Origin: Alphaproteobacteria bacterium
GTDB taxonomy: Bacteria; Pseudomonadota; Alphaproteobacteria; Rs-D84
Assembly (NCBI GenBank): GCA_017502865.1
Contig: JAFVUD010000006.1
Coordinates: forward strand, 17,699 to 81,698
DNA length: 64,000 nt
Direction: 5' to 3'
The notes beneath the pieces were generated by a model. The model was not told the origin of the DNA, ran no database searches, and was given only the letters and a program-made list of their open reading frames with translations. The position numbers were made by a program, and so were the translations under genes. This document shows, piece after piece, positions 27,300-35,534 of the stretch. Every line of letters begins with the position of its first letter. Positions within the stretch are counted from its first letter, which is position 1.

Positions 27300-29849
27300 T
27301 TAATCAAACAGTGTCAGTTGTGGTTTGCTATTCTTGCAATCTGCGATTGCAGGTTGTGGTTTTGGGGCCGGTTCTGGCACAGAAACGGGTGCAGTGGCGG
27401 ATTCTGGGGCCGGTGTATCCAGTTCGTGCGATTCCAGCGCATTCAGTACACATTCTGCACGTGCAACCACAGATGATGGCATGCCCGCCATACGTGCCAC
27501 GTGGATACCGTATGAACGGTTGGCAACGCCAGAGACAATCTTGTGCATGAATATGATTTCATTGTTATGTTCACGAACGTCTATGGTCAGGCACGAAACA
27601 TGATTCAGGCGCCCTGCCCCGGTGCCGACCAATGCGGTTAATTCATGGTAATGGGTTGCAAACAGTGTTCGTGGTTGCAAATTGTCCAGGAATTCTAAGA
27701 CGGCCTGGGCAATGGCCATGCCGTCGTATGTGGCGGTTCCACGACCAATTTCATCAAATATGATAAATGAACGATTTGTTGCACGATTCAAAATGTTTGC
27801 GGTTTCGGCCATTTCGACCATAAATGTGGATTGGCCCGCAGCCAGATTGTCAGATGCACCAACACGACTGAACAATTGGTCGCACACACCGATTGTGGCA
27901 GATGTTGCCGGCACATAAGACCCCAGGTGGGCCAAAACGACAATTATTGCGTTCTGGCGCAGGTATGTTGATTTACCCGCCATATTGGGCCCGGTCAGCA
28001 ATGCAATGGCACGTGCATTCAAATTACAATCATTTTTAACAAAGTTATCCCCACGGATACGCAGCACAGATTCGATTACAGGATGACGACCACCCACAAT
28101 ATCAAACGCACAATCGTTCGTCATATTTGGACGTGTCCAATCATAACGTGATGCAATATCGGCCAGCGCAACCCAAACATCGCCATCGGCCAATAAATCT
28201 GCCGTGGACAGCAGACTGTCTGCGATTTGACGAATTTGTTCGATAAAGTTATTTATAATATCGTTTTCAATGGCAGATGATTTTTCAGCCGCACTGCGGA
28301 CATCATTGTCTAAATCAATCAGGCGGCTGGTTGTAAATCGCATATTGCCGGCCAGGGTTTGACGATGGATAAAACCGCTGTCTGGTTTTATCATGTTGTC
28401 GGCACGGGTGGATGAAACCTCGATAAAATAGCCAAGGATGTTGTTGTATTTTATCTTTAATGTGGGAATGCCGGTCTGGGTGGCATATTCGCTTTGCAGG
28501 GCGGCAATTGTTTCTTTGGCACCGTTGGCCAATCCACGCATATTATCCAGTGCAACATCAAAACCCGAACGAATTACACCGCCATCACGGAAAAATGTTG
28601 GTAATTCATCGGCCAATGCGGAACGCAATCCCAATGCCAGATTATCGTGCGTATCGATTGATGAAAAACGTGCACCCATTTCCGGATCCAGACGGTACGC
28701 CATTGTTTTTGCCATTGGCAATTGATTCATAAAATCAGAAATATTACGCAAATCACGTGGTGTGCCACGGCCAGATAACAAACGTGACAAAGAACGGCCG
28801 GCGTCGGGAACAGATGTTAATAAACGTGATAATGCAGATGCAACGTCTGGGTTGGAGATAAAGTGTGCAATATGATTCTGGCGTTTTTTAATTTCATTTA
28901 TATCACCCGATAAAGAACGCAAATACGAACGCAATTTTCTGGCACCAGCCGCTGTTTTTGTATTATCCAGTACATCCAGCAGGCATGACCCACCATCGTT
29001 AATTGGGGCATCTATTTCCAGACTGCGCCACGTGGCAGAATCTATTAATAACTGGGCCCCTGATTTAAATTCGTGTGGGGTGCGGAATGTTATTGGGGCA
29101 TCACGCTGGGTATTAAACAGATAGCCCGCCAATAAACATACTGCATTGGCGACATTTGTTGGCATTAAATCAGAACGCATCGCCCCACCGAATACACGGG
29201 AAATAATTTGTTCAATGTCTGTGCGTATGTATAATTTTTCAAACACAGGCGTTGTTTTGAAAATATCACGCAGTTGTAAAATCTTGTCCTGTTCGGCAGA
29301 TGAAAACGGATAGATGATTTCAGCCGGCGACAGGCGTACCATATCGTCCAGAATGTCTGCGGTTTTGCCAACGAAAAATTCACCTGTGGAAATATCACAG
29401 CCAGCAATGTCAAACATGCCGCCAGCCATTGGCATTACCGCCACCAGAAAGTTAGAATTCTTGGGTGTCAGCAAATTTTCATCGGTCAATGTCCCAGGTG
29501 TTAAAACACGCACAACACGGCGTTCAATAAATTTATGGCCACGGGCCTTGGCCTGGGCGGGGGTTTCCATTTGTTCGACCAATGCAACCTTGTGCCCGGC
29601 ACGAACCAAGCGGCCAAAATAATTGTCTGCGGCGTGCCATGGGATACCACACATTGGAATATCAGCACCGTCGGCATCTGTGCCACGTGCAGTCAAAACC
29701 AACCCCAGTGCAGTACTGATTACCCGGGCATCTTCAAAGAAAGATTCATAAAAGTCCCCCAGGCGAAACATCAACAGTGCATCTGGATTTTCAGCCTTCA
29801 TATCCACATACTGTTGCATAACGGGGGTTAATTTACTTTTTTCGGCCAC
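27300..29849 (-). CDS. mutS: DNA mismatch repair protein MutS
   Basis: 849 aa, GTG start, ..TPVMQQYVDMK.., Walker A GPNMAGKSTYLRQ. Confidence 0.95.
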   Translation of the reverse strand: MAEKSKLTPVMQQYVDMKAENPDALLMFRLGDFYESFFEDARVISTALGLVLTARGTDADGADIPMCGIPWHAADNYFGRLVRAGHKVALVEQMETPAQAKARGHKFIERRVVRVLTPGTLTDENLLTPKNSNFLVAVMPMAGGMFDIAGCDISTGEFFVGKTADILDDMVRLSPAEIIYPFSSAEQDKILQLRDIFKTTPVFEKLYIRTDIEQIISRVFGGAMRSDLMPTNVANAVCLLAGYLFNTQRDAPITFRTPHEFKSGAQLLIDSATWRSLEIDAPINDGGSCLLDVLDNTKTAAGARKLRSYLRSLSGDINEIKKRQNHIAHFISNPDVASALSRLLTSVPDAGRSLSRLLSGRGTPRDLRNISDFMNQLPMAKTMAYRLDPEMGARFSSIDTHDNLALGLRSALADELPTFFRDGGVIRSGFDVALDNMRGLANGAKETIAALQSEYATQTGIPTLKIKYNNILGYFIEVSSTRADNMIKPDSGFIHRQTLAGNMRFTTSRLIDLDNDVRSAAEKSSAIENDIINNFIEQIRQIADSLLSTADLLADGDVWVALADIASRYDWTRPNMTNDCAFDIVGGRHPVIESVLRIRGDNFVKNDCNLNARAIALLTGPNMAGKSTYLRQNAIIVVLAHLGSYVPATSATIGVCDQLFSRVGASDNLAAGQSTFMVEMAETANILNRATNRSFIIFDEIGRGTATYDGMAIAQAVLEFLDNLQPRTLFATHYHELTALVGTGAGRLNHVSCLTIDVREHNNEIIFMHKIVSGVANRSYGIHVARMAGMPSSVVARAECVLNALESHELDTPAPESATAPVSVPEPAPKPQPAIADCKNSKPQLTLFD

Positions 29850-29873
29850 AATACAATCCGTTTTTGTATAAAA

Positions 29874-30074
29874 TTACTGGTTCGCGGAAACTTTTAAAGT
29901 TTCGATTTTCAGTTCGGCTTCTTTTAACAATTGTTCACAATATGCCTTTAATTTAACGCCCTGTTCGTATGCCGATACAGAATCTGCCAATGGCAATTCG
30001 CCGGATTCCATTTTTTTGACCAATTCCATCAATTGTTTATAGGCTTCTTCGAATGATAATTTGTTTTCTTCCAT
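29874..30074 (-). CDS. xseB: Exodeoxyribonuclease VII small subunit
   Basis: 66 aa, ..LSFEEAYKQLMELVKKMESGELPLADSVSAYEQGVKL.. Confidence 0.85.
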   Translation of the reverse strand: MEENKLSFEEAYKQLMELVKKMESGELPLADSVSAYEQGVKLKAYCEQLLKEAELKIETLKVSANQ

Positions 30075-30158
30075 AATATTTCCCCAATGATTTGTTTCAG
30101 GTCCAGATTACAAAAATTATTTCCGTTTTGCAAGGGGGTGATAAATTTTATATTTTTG

Positions 30159-30187
30159 TGGAAAGCCCAAAAATATCAAGGTATAAT
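30159..30187 (+). promoter_or_regulatory. Sigma70-like promoter driving the 30.2-kb RNA / small ORF unit
   Basis: TGGAAA (30159-64), 17 nt, TATAAT (30182-87). Confidence 0.45.
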
Positions 30188-30193
30188 TACAGT

Positions 30194-30363
30194 GTGTAAA
30201 GTTTTTTACACGGGGCTTAAGCACCCCTTATCAAACCGCCAGCGAGTGGCGTAAAAAACTCCGCCAAAATGGTTGGAGTTGTGTGAATAACCAATAAACA
30301 CAGCAATTTGTTTGATAATTGTGCTTAACCTCCAACCGCTTATGATTTTCTGGGCGGTTTTTT
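30194..30363 (+). ncRNA. Candidate structured RNA or long 5' leader (family unknown)
   Basis: 5' hairpin GTGTAAA/TTTACAC (30194-211). Nested long-range helices 30233-42/30350-60 and 30271-78/30330-37. A crossing helix joins 30217-24 to 30321-28. It ends in GGCGG-T6 (30353-63). Confidence 0.35.
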
Positions 30364-30387
30364 ATGATAAAAAATGTGGAGTATAAC

Positions 30388-30552
30388 ATGCACCGTTGGA
30401 CCCAGAAAAATAAATACACCAAGCAGGAATTAGAAGAATTAGTTGCGAACCTTCACCTGGCACTGGTACCACTGGTTCATCAGACCGAGGCCGTATATCA
30501 TGCGTATATAGAAAAAACACTGAATAAATATAATACAAAAAAACGCCCGTGA
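30388..30552 (+). CDS. Hypothetical small protein (54 aa)
   Basis: ATG 30388 with GGAG 6 nt upstream. The TGA stop lies in the loop of the downstream terminator. No family recognised. Confidence 0.35.
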   Translation: MHRWTQKNKYTKQELEELVANLHLALVPLVHQTEAVYHAYIEKTLNKYNTKKRP

Positions 30553-30561
30553 TGGGCGTTT
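30534..30561. terminator. Bidirectional terminator (small ORF / infC)
   Basis: A7, AAACGCCC (30541-48) / GGGCGTTT (30554-61). The minus strand is followed by T7. Confidence 0.7.
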
Positions 30562-30563
30562 GA

Positions 30564-31112
30564 TTATTTTGCCGGTGCAACAATGATTGATTTTGTGCGT
30601 TCGTCTGGCTTTGATTTAGATTCCATGGTACCACGGTCACCAATCAATTCCATAATACGGGCAAATAATTCTGGAACAGCATCTTTGCCACGTGCCAGAA
30701 CCTTTTTAGAACCACGGGTCATAACAGCAATTTTAACCTTGTTACCTTCGCCCAGGAATTCTAAAACCTTTTTCAATTTGATGTTCAAATCGTTTTCTTC
30801 GATGAATGGTTTTACCCAAACTTCTTTCATTTCGATTTGTTTTTGATTCTTGCGTGCTTCGGATGCGCGCTTTTTCTGTTCGTATTTGAATTTGCCATAG
30901 TCCATAATTTTTGCAATTGGTGTTGGACCATTGGCGTTGATTTCAACCAAATCCAAACCTAAATCTGCCGCCATTGCAATTGCGTTCGCAGTTGGCATTA
31001 CGCCAAGATTCTGGCCTTCGGCAGAGATTACCTGGACGGATTTAGCAAAAATCCGATTGTTCATACGTGGACCGGCATCCCGGCGATTATCACGATTTAA
31101 TGTTGGTCTAAT
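30564..31112 (-). CDS. infC: Translation initiation factor IF-3, AUU start
   Basis: ..GPRMNNRIFAKSVQVISAEGQNLGV..LVEINANGPTPIAKIMDYGKFKYEQKK.. An in-frame ATT at 31112-10 lies 6 nt after AAAGGAG. The ATG-start ORF (31202) would overlap the upstream udg gene. Confidence 0.88.
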   Translation of the reverse strand: MRPTLNRDNRRDAGPRMNNRIFAKSVQVISAEGQNLGVMPTANAIAMAADLGLDLVEINANGPTPIAKIMDYGKFKYEQKKRASEARKNQKQIEMKEVWVKPFIEENDLNIKLKKVLEFLGEGNKVKIAVMTRGSKKVLARGKDAVPELFARIMELIGDRGTMESKSKPDERTKSIIVAPAK

Positions 31113-31150
31113 TGTAGGCTCCTTTGTAAGACTCTGACCAAGATTATTGA

Positions 31151-31942
31151 CTATATTTCGGGACTTTTCAACATTTTTTCTGCAATTTGCAATGCATTCC
31201 ATACATCACGTTTGGCCGCAGGCTTTAACAACAGATAATTTGGATGATAAATTGGAATCAGTTTTGCACCGAATGACGTGTCATTCACAGAACCGTGTGA
31301 TTTACCCAAATTCACCGATGCCAGTTCCATTGCCGGTAATGTTCCCAGCGTTAAAATTAGACGTGGTTTTAATAATTCCAGGGCCTTGTTCACGAATGGA
31401 CGTGCCATTTCCAGTTCGGTCGCAGATGGCGAACGGCCGCCCGGTGTACGCCAGAACAACATTGGCATAATAGACACATTTTCACGGGACATAGATATCG
31501 CCGCCAACATTTTGTCCATTAATTCACCCGCAGGACCAGATAAAATTCGACCCGATGCATCATCGTCTGCACCCGGCATGTCGGTTATAATCAACAGACC
31601 ATTTGGCGTTGGGGCAACGTGTGGTGGCACTGGATTTGTGGCACCGGCACGTAATGGGTGGTTAAATTCGCAAATCATGCGTGACAAAGATGCCATATCT
31701 GTGGGGCGCATTGCCATAGATTCTATTGTTTCCATTGATATGGTTTGAATCGGTGCAATTGGTGGTACAACACACGTTGAAACACGGCCCGGCGTTGCGG
31801 TTTCAATTGGCGATACTGTATTAGATGCCGGCACATTTGATGCCATGGCGGCAGCCACCGCAGCCGCACGTGCCAAGGGCACATCCGTTATTTCCCAACG
31901 GACACCCGCCAATTCTAAATCACGTAATGCACTGTTTCCCAT
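31151..31942 (-). CDS. Uracil-DNA glycosylase family 4-like protein
   Basis: C-terminal domain ..LLIITDMPGADDDASGRILSGPAGELMDKML..IYHPNYLL.. resembles family-4 UDG, with an Ala-rich N-terminal extension. Confidence 0.55.
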   Translation of the reverse strand: MGNSALRDLELAGVRWEITDVPLARAAAVAAAMASNVPASNTVSPIETATPGRVSTCVVPPIAPIQTISMETIESMAMRPTDMASLSRMICEFNHPLRAGATNPVPPHVAPTPNGLLIITDMPGADDDASGRILSGPAGELMDKMLAAISMSRENVSIMPMLFWRTPGGRSPSATELEMARPFVNKALELLKPRLILTLGTLPAMELASVNLGKSHGSVNDTSFGAKLIPIYHPNYLLLKPAAKRDVWNALQIAEKMLKSPEI

Positions 31943-32021
31943 TTTTGTAAAAAACCTTGATTTTTCAAATATCGTGTTATAGACTAAACCACGTAGAACA
32001 GAAATTCAAGGGAGTAATTTT

Positions 32022-32441
32022 ATGAAAATGAAAAACTTTGCAGTATTAGCCGGCGTAGCAGCTGTTTTGGCGGCATGTGGCGGAACTTCAAACATCGTAG
32101 AACCAGCAGATTTGAACGAACAGCGTGTTTTCTTTGCGTTCAATTCATCTGAAATTGATCAGCCTGCACACGACCACCTGTTGGGCCAGGCATTGTATAT
32201 GAAAAACCACGAAGATGTTAAAATCCAAATCGCAGGAAACTGTGACGAACGTGGTTCAACAGAATACAACTTAGCCTTGGGTGCAAAACGTGCAAACGCA
32301 GCAAAAGACGTTATCGTGAACGAAGGTATCGAACCTGCACGTATTTCAACAATTTCATACGGTAAAGAACGTCCATTGGTCCAGGGTTCTGGTGAAGAAG
32401 TTTGGAAATGGAACCGTAACGCAACAACAACTGTTAAATAA
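32022..32441 (+). CDS. pal: Peptidoglycan-associated lipoprotein Pal
   Basis: Lipobox VLAACGG and OmpA-like domain ..GNCDERGSTEYNLALGAKRANAAKDVI.. Confidence 0.85.
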   Translation: MKMKNFAVLAGVAAVLAACGGTSNIVEPADLNEQRVFFAFNSSEIDQPAHDHLLGQALYMKNHEDVKIQIAGNCDERGSTEYNLALGAKRANAAKDVIVNEGIEPARISTISYGKERPLVQGSGEEVWKWNRNATTTVK

Positions 32442-32463
32442 TATCAGTTTTGTTTGAATTTAT

Positions 32464-32487
32464 ACGCCCCGTTTGGGGCGTTTTTTT
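32464..32487 (+). terminator. Terminator after pal
   Basis: ACGCCCC-GTTT-GGGGCGT followed by T7. Confidence 0.75.
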
Positions 32488-32505
32488 GTTTTGTGACACA
32501 CAGTA

Positions 32506-32533
32506 TTGACAAAGGCTGTTTTTGTGCTATAAA
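32506..32533 (+). promoter_or_regulatory. Near-consensus promoter of the radical SAM gene (leaderless)
   Basis: TTGACA (32506-11), 16 nt, TATAAA (32528-33), 6 nt, ATG (32540). No SD. Confidence 0.55.
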
Positions 32534-32539
32534 TACAGT

Positions 32540-33541
32540 ATGTCAAATATCACAAATATTTTTAATAATGCTGTGGATAAAATCCTGCCGATTGGTGGGG
32601 TTGTGCGTAATTTTAAATATGCTGTTGTATTCAAAACAACACATTGGTGTTGGTATAACTGTCCACATTGCTGTGAAAACGCAGGTGCACACAGACCACG
32701 TGAATTTATGCCAGAAGGTGTTATTAAATACTATATAGACCAGGTAGCCAACGATCCACTGTTTTGCCAAGATTTCGTGCTGACCGGTGGGGAAATCATG
32801 GCATCGTATAAGTTCGGCCCTGAAAACTATGTGCCAAATATTATGCGACACGCAATAGAATCTGGGGCGGGCGTTGACATCAAAACAAATGGTGCATGGG
32901 TGCGTACACCACTGAAAAAGCAGATTATTAAAGATTTCAAAGATATTGCACGTCAATATCCAGCCCATATTTCTAAGTATCAAATTTCATTATCGGTTGA
33001 TACATATCACCCAAATGCAATTGAAAATAATCACGAAATTATTCGTGAATTGGCAAAATGCAAAAACGGCAGAATTCTGGTGCATTTATCTGGGTTTAAT
33101 GACCAGACAGATGTTATGCAAGGTTTTCTGGCCAAATTAGCAAATGATTCAAGGTTAAATTTAGTTCCTGCTATGATTGCACGACAAAACGGCAACGGAA
33201 TTCCAGTTATCGCCGTTAATGACGGGGCGGTCCTGCTGCGACCATCGGCGGATGCACAATTATTCGACGGGGGACGTGCAGCCAATTTACCAAACGCACG
33301 TCATATCAGACACCCACAGTTTAGTTTTATGATGAATGATGGGACAATTCTGGTGGCATTTGACACGATGGGATTTGTGACACTGGGCGAAAATTCGGGG
33401 CGAAAAATTCACACAACATGGCGTAATCCAGATGGCACCCCACGACCATTTGTCGATATAAAACGTGATTTGATTAAATCTGCCCGATATGAAGAAATTC
33501 GTCAGCGTATGATAGACACAAAACGAATTTTTATAAAATAA
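32540..33541 (+). CDS. Radical SAM domain protein of unknown function
   Basis: CX3CX2C at ..THWCWYNCPHCC.., followed by a GGE-type motif (FVLTGGEIM). No SPASM-like Cys cluster seen. The track start at 32522 is TTG. Confidence 0.7.
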   Translation: MSNITNIFNNAVDKILPIGGVVRNFKYAVVFKTTHWCWYNCPHCCENAGAHRPREFMPEGVIKYYIDQVANDPLFCQDFVLTGGEIMASYKFGPENYVPNIMRHAIESGAGVDIKTNGAWVRTPLKKQIIKDFKDIARQYPAHISKYQISLSVDTYHPNAIENNHEIIRELAKCKNGRILVHLSGFNDQTDVMQGFLAKLANDSRLNLVPAMIARQNGNGIPVIAVNDGAVLLRPSADAQLFDGGRAANLPNARHIRHPQFSFMMNDGTILVAFDTMGFVTLGENSGRKIHTTWRNPDGTPRPFVDIKRDLIKSARYEEIRQRMIDTKRIFIK

Positions 33542-33550
33542 TAAAAAAAC

Positions 33551-33572
33551 ACCGGCAAAAGCCGGTATTTTT
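33551..33572 (+). terminator. Terminator after the radical SAM gene
   Basis: ACCGGC-AAAA-GCCGGT then ATTTTT. Confidence 0.65.
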
Positions 33573-33666
33573 ATCAACATTAAAACAGTCCAAAATTTTC
33601 AACAAAATTGCCGGCATTTGCCGGCTTTTTTCAACATTTTTTTACAAATGTGTGATTTTTTCAACC
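33568..33666 (+). repeat. Cluster of four T4-6(AT)CAAC(A) motifs (DnaA-box-like)
   Basis: TTTTTATCAACA (33568-79), TTTTCAACA (33596-604), TTTTTTCAACA (33626-36), TTTTTTCAACC (33656-66, inside the parB 3' end). Confidence 0.6.
33610..33630. terminator. Terminator hairpin after parB
   Basis: GCCGGC-ATTT-GCCGGC flanked by A/T runs. Confidence 0.6.
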
Positions 33667-34523
33667 AATTCTTGTAATTGGACACGGGTCGCAAAAGACA
33701 ATGTTATTTGCCCCGCCCCACCCCGACGTTCGGTCAATTTAACCGGCACATTCAGGGCTTTTTTCAGGCGTGCTTCGATATCACGCACGGTTGCAACATC
33801 CATTGTTTTTTGAACATGCGTGCGACGTGATGCGGAACGTGGGCCCTGCTTTACCAAAATTTCGGTTTCTGCGACCGATATTTTGTCGGCGATAATTTTA
33901 TGTGCCAATTCTTCGGGATTTTCTGCGACTGCAATTGTACGGGCATGGGATGCGGATAAATCACCCTGCTCTACCAATGATTTTACGGAATCAGGCAATG
34001 ATGTTAAACGCAATGAATTACGGATATAACTTTCTGATTTACCAATTAAACGCACAACGTCCGCCAATTCATAATCACAACTTTCCATCAAGTTTTTATA
34101 CGCATTGGCTTCTTCGATTGGGTTCAGGTTTTCACGCTGGACATTTTCAATCAGTGCAATTTCCATTGCGTTTTCATTGGTCAATGTTTTTACCAACGCC
34201 GGAATTTCTGTCAGGCCCGCCAATTTAGATGCACGATAGCGACGTTCGCCAGCCACAATTTCGTACATATACGGACGATTTTGCACCGTACGCAGCAAGA
34301 TTGGCTGTAAAACGCCCTTCTCTTTTATAGATGCGGCCAAATCGTTTAATTCGGCATCTGTGAATGTTTTACGTGGCTGATCCGGATTTGCACCGATTTG
34401 AACCAATGGGATTTGTTTCACAATTACACGTTCACCACCGGTCAAAACACTGATATTCGGGATTTCACCCATTTCACTTTTTAAATCGGCCAATCCACGC
34501 CCCAATCCAAATTTAGGCGACAT
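33642..34523 (-). CDS. parB: Chromosome partitioning protein ParB
   Basis: ..GLGRGLADL.., ParB box ..IVAGERRYRASKLAGL.., HTH region. Overlaps parA by 11 nt. Confidence 0.9.
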   Translation of the reverse strand: MSPKFGLGRGLADLKSEMGEIPNISVLTGGERVIVKQIPLVQIGANPDQPRKTFTDAELNDLAASIKEKGVLQPILLRTVQNRPYMYEIVAGERRYRASKLAGLTEIPALVKTLTNENAMEIALIENVQRENLNPIEEANAYKNLMESCDYELADVVRLIGKSESYIRNSLRLTSLPDSVKSLVEQGDLSASHARTIAVAENPEELAHKIIADKISVAETEILVKQGPRSASRRTHVQKTMDVATVRDIEARLKKALNVPVKLTERRGGAGQITLSFATRVQLQELVEKITHL

Positions 34524-35295
34524 TTATACCCCCTTCGGTTCGTTGTACAACCTCGGTCGCGACACGCAGATATGCCTGGGCACCGGGCGATTTGAAATCA
34601 TAGAACAATGCAGGTTTTCCGTGGCTGGGTGCTTCGGAAACACGGACATTGCGTGGAACAACCGTTTTAAACACAATGTCACCAAACGTTTTGCGAACAT
34701 CTTCGTCAACAGCATGTGTTAAACCATAACGTTTGTCGTACATAGTCAACAACACACCCAAAACTTCCAGATTTGGATTCCATTTCTGTTTCACTGTTGT
34801 AATTGTTTGCATCAACTGCTGGATACCTTCGAGGGCAAAGAATTCGCACTGCAATGGCACGATAACAGAATCCGCAGTCGTCAATGCGTTTAATGTCAAC
34901 ATACCCAATGCCGGCGGACAATCCAGCAATATATAATCATAATGTTCCAAAATTGGTGCCAATGCGTCACGCAAACGATATTCGGCATTTTCCATACCCT
35001 GCAAATCTAAATCCAGCCCCGCCAAAGCCTGGGATGACGGCAACAAATGCAAACCAGGGACCGCCGTTGATAAAATATTATCCGCCGCATTTGCACACCC
35101 CATAATTACACCATATGCACTTTGTTGATGGGACGCACGTACAAAACCCAAACCGGTCCCGGCATTACCCTGGGAATCCAAATCAATTAATAAAACACGT
35201 TTTTTTATCGCTGCCAGCGATGCACCTATATTAATAGCGGTTGTTGTCTTACCTACCCCGCCTTTTTGATTCGCAAAAGCTATAATTCTTGTCAT
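34513..35295 (-). CDS. parA: Chromosome partitioning ATPase ParA
   Basis: MTRIIAFANQKGGVGKTTTAINIGA.. deviant Walker A. ORF trimmed to ATG 35295. Confidence 0.9.
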   Translation of the reverse strand: MTRIIAFANQKGGVGKTTTAINIGASLAAIKKRVLLIDLDSQGNAGTGLGFVRASHQQSAYGVIMGCANAADNILSTAVPGLHLLPSSQALAGLDLDLQGMENAEYRLRDALAPILEHYDYILLDCPPALGMLTLNALTTADSVIVPLQCEFFALEGIQQLMQTITTVKQKWNPNLEVLGVLLTMYDKRYGLTHAVDEDVRKTFGDIVFKTVVPRNVRVSEAPSHGKPALFYDFKSPGAQAYLRVATEVVQRTEGGINVA

Positions 35296-35400
35296 ATTCC
35301 CTTTCCTGATATTACGGTTTAACCGTATAAAAAGCATTCGATTCGGTCAAGGGTTTTATTTGCACAATATTTTTTCAACTAAAATCAATATACTATTTTT

Positions 35401-35416
35401 TGTTTCACATGAAATA
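35401..35416. promoter_or_regulatory. parS-like centromere site
   Basis: TGTTTCACATGAAATA matches the parS consensus TGTTTCACGTGAAACA at 14 of 16 positions. Lies between parA and rsmG. Confidence 0.55.
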
Positions 35417-35450
35417 ATTTATAAAAACACACGATTTTTTCAACAACAAA

Positions 35451-35476
35451 AGACCGGCACACACCGGTCTTTTTTA
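35451..35476. terminator. Terminator hairpin downstream of rsmG
   Basis: AGACCGG-CACACA-CCGGTCT with T6 on plus and TTTTGTTGTTG on minus. Confidence 0.55.
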
Positions 35477-35518
35477 ACATTTTTATAAAAAACGCAATTT
35501 TTTCAACAATTTACACAG

Positions 35519-35534
35519 TATTTCATATGAAATT
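35519..35534. promoter_or_regulatory. Degenerate parS-like palindrome
   Basis: TATTTCATATGAAATT with a perfect 14-nt palindrome core ATTTCATATGAAAT. Overlaps the rsmG stop codon. Confidence 0.35.

Noticed and set aside
30194-30363. Identification of the structured RNA as tmRNA (two-piece), SRP RNA, 6S RNA or RNase P RNA.
   Set aside because: It has no tRNA-like T-arm/acceptor with CCA and no ..ALAA-type tag ORF. It lacks the SRP domain IV GGAA/AGCA motifs and is too short for RNase P. 6S cannot be excluded by eye, but I could not support it. A 5-codon Val-rich ORF (MVGVV, 30269-86) has no SD and no Val-related downstream gene.
30564-31202. ATG-initiated 212-aa version of infC from the ORF track.
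   Set aside because: The first 30 residues overlap the 3' end of the upstream udg-like gene and are not IF-3-like. An in-frame ATT with a strong SD gives the conserved N-terminus.
32454-32738. 94-aa ORF overlapping the start of the radical SAM gene, as a possible precursor peptide.
   Set aside because: It begins inside the pal terminator, lies in a different frame across the radical SAM N-terminus, and has no SD. It is most likely spurious.
35470-35490. CtrA-type TTAA-N7-TTAA box in the parA-rsmG spacer (TTAACATTTTTATAA).
   Set aside because: The second half-site is ATAA, not TTAA. Such near-matches are expected by chance in AT-rich DNA.
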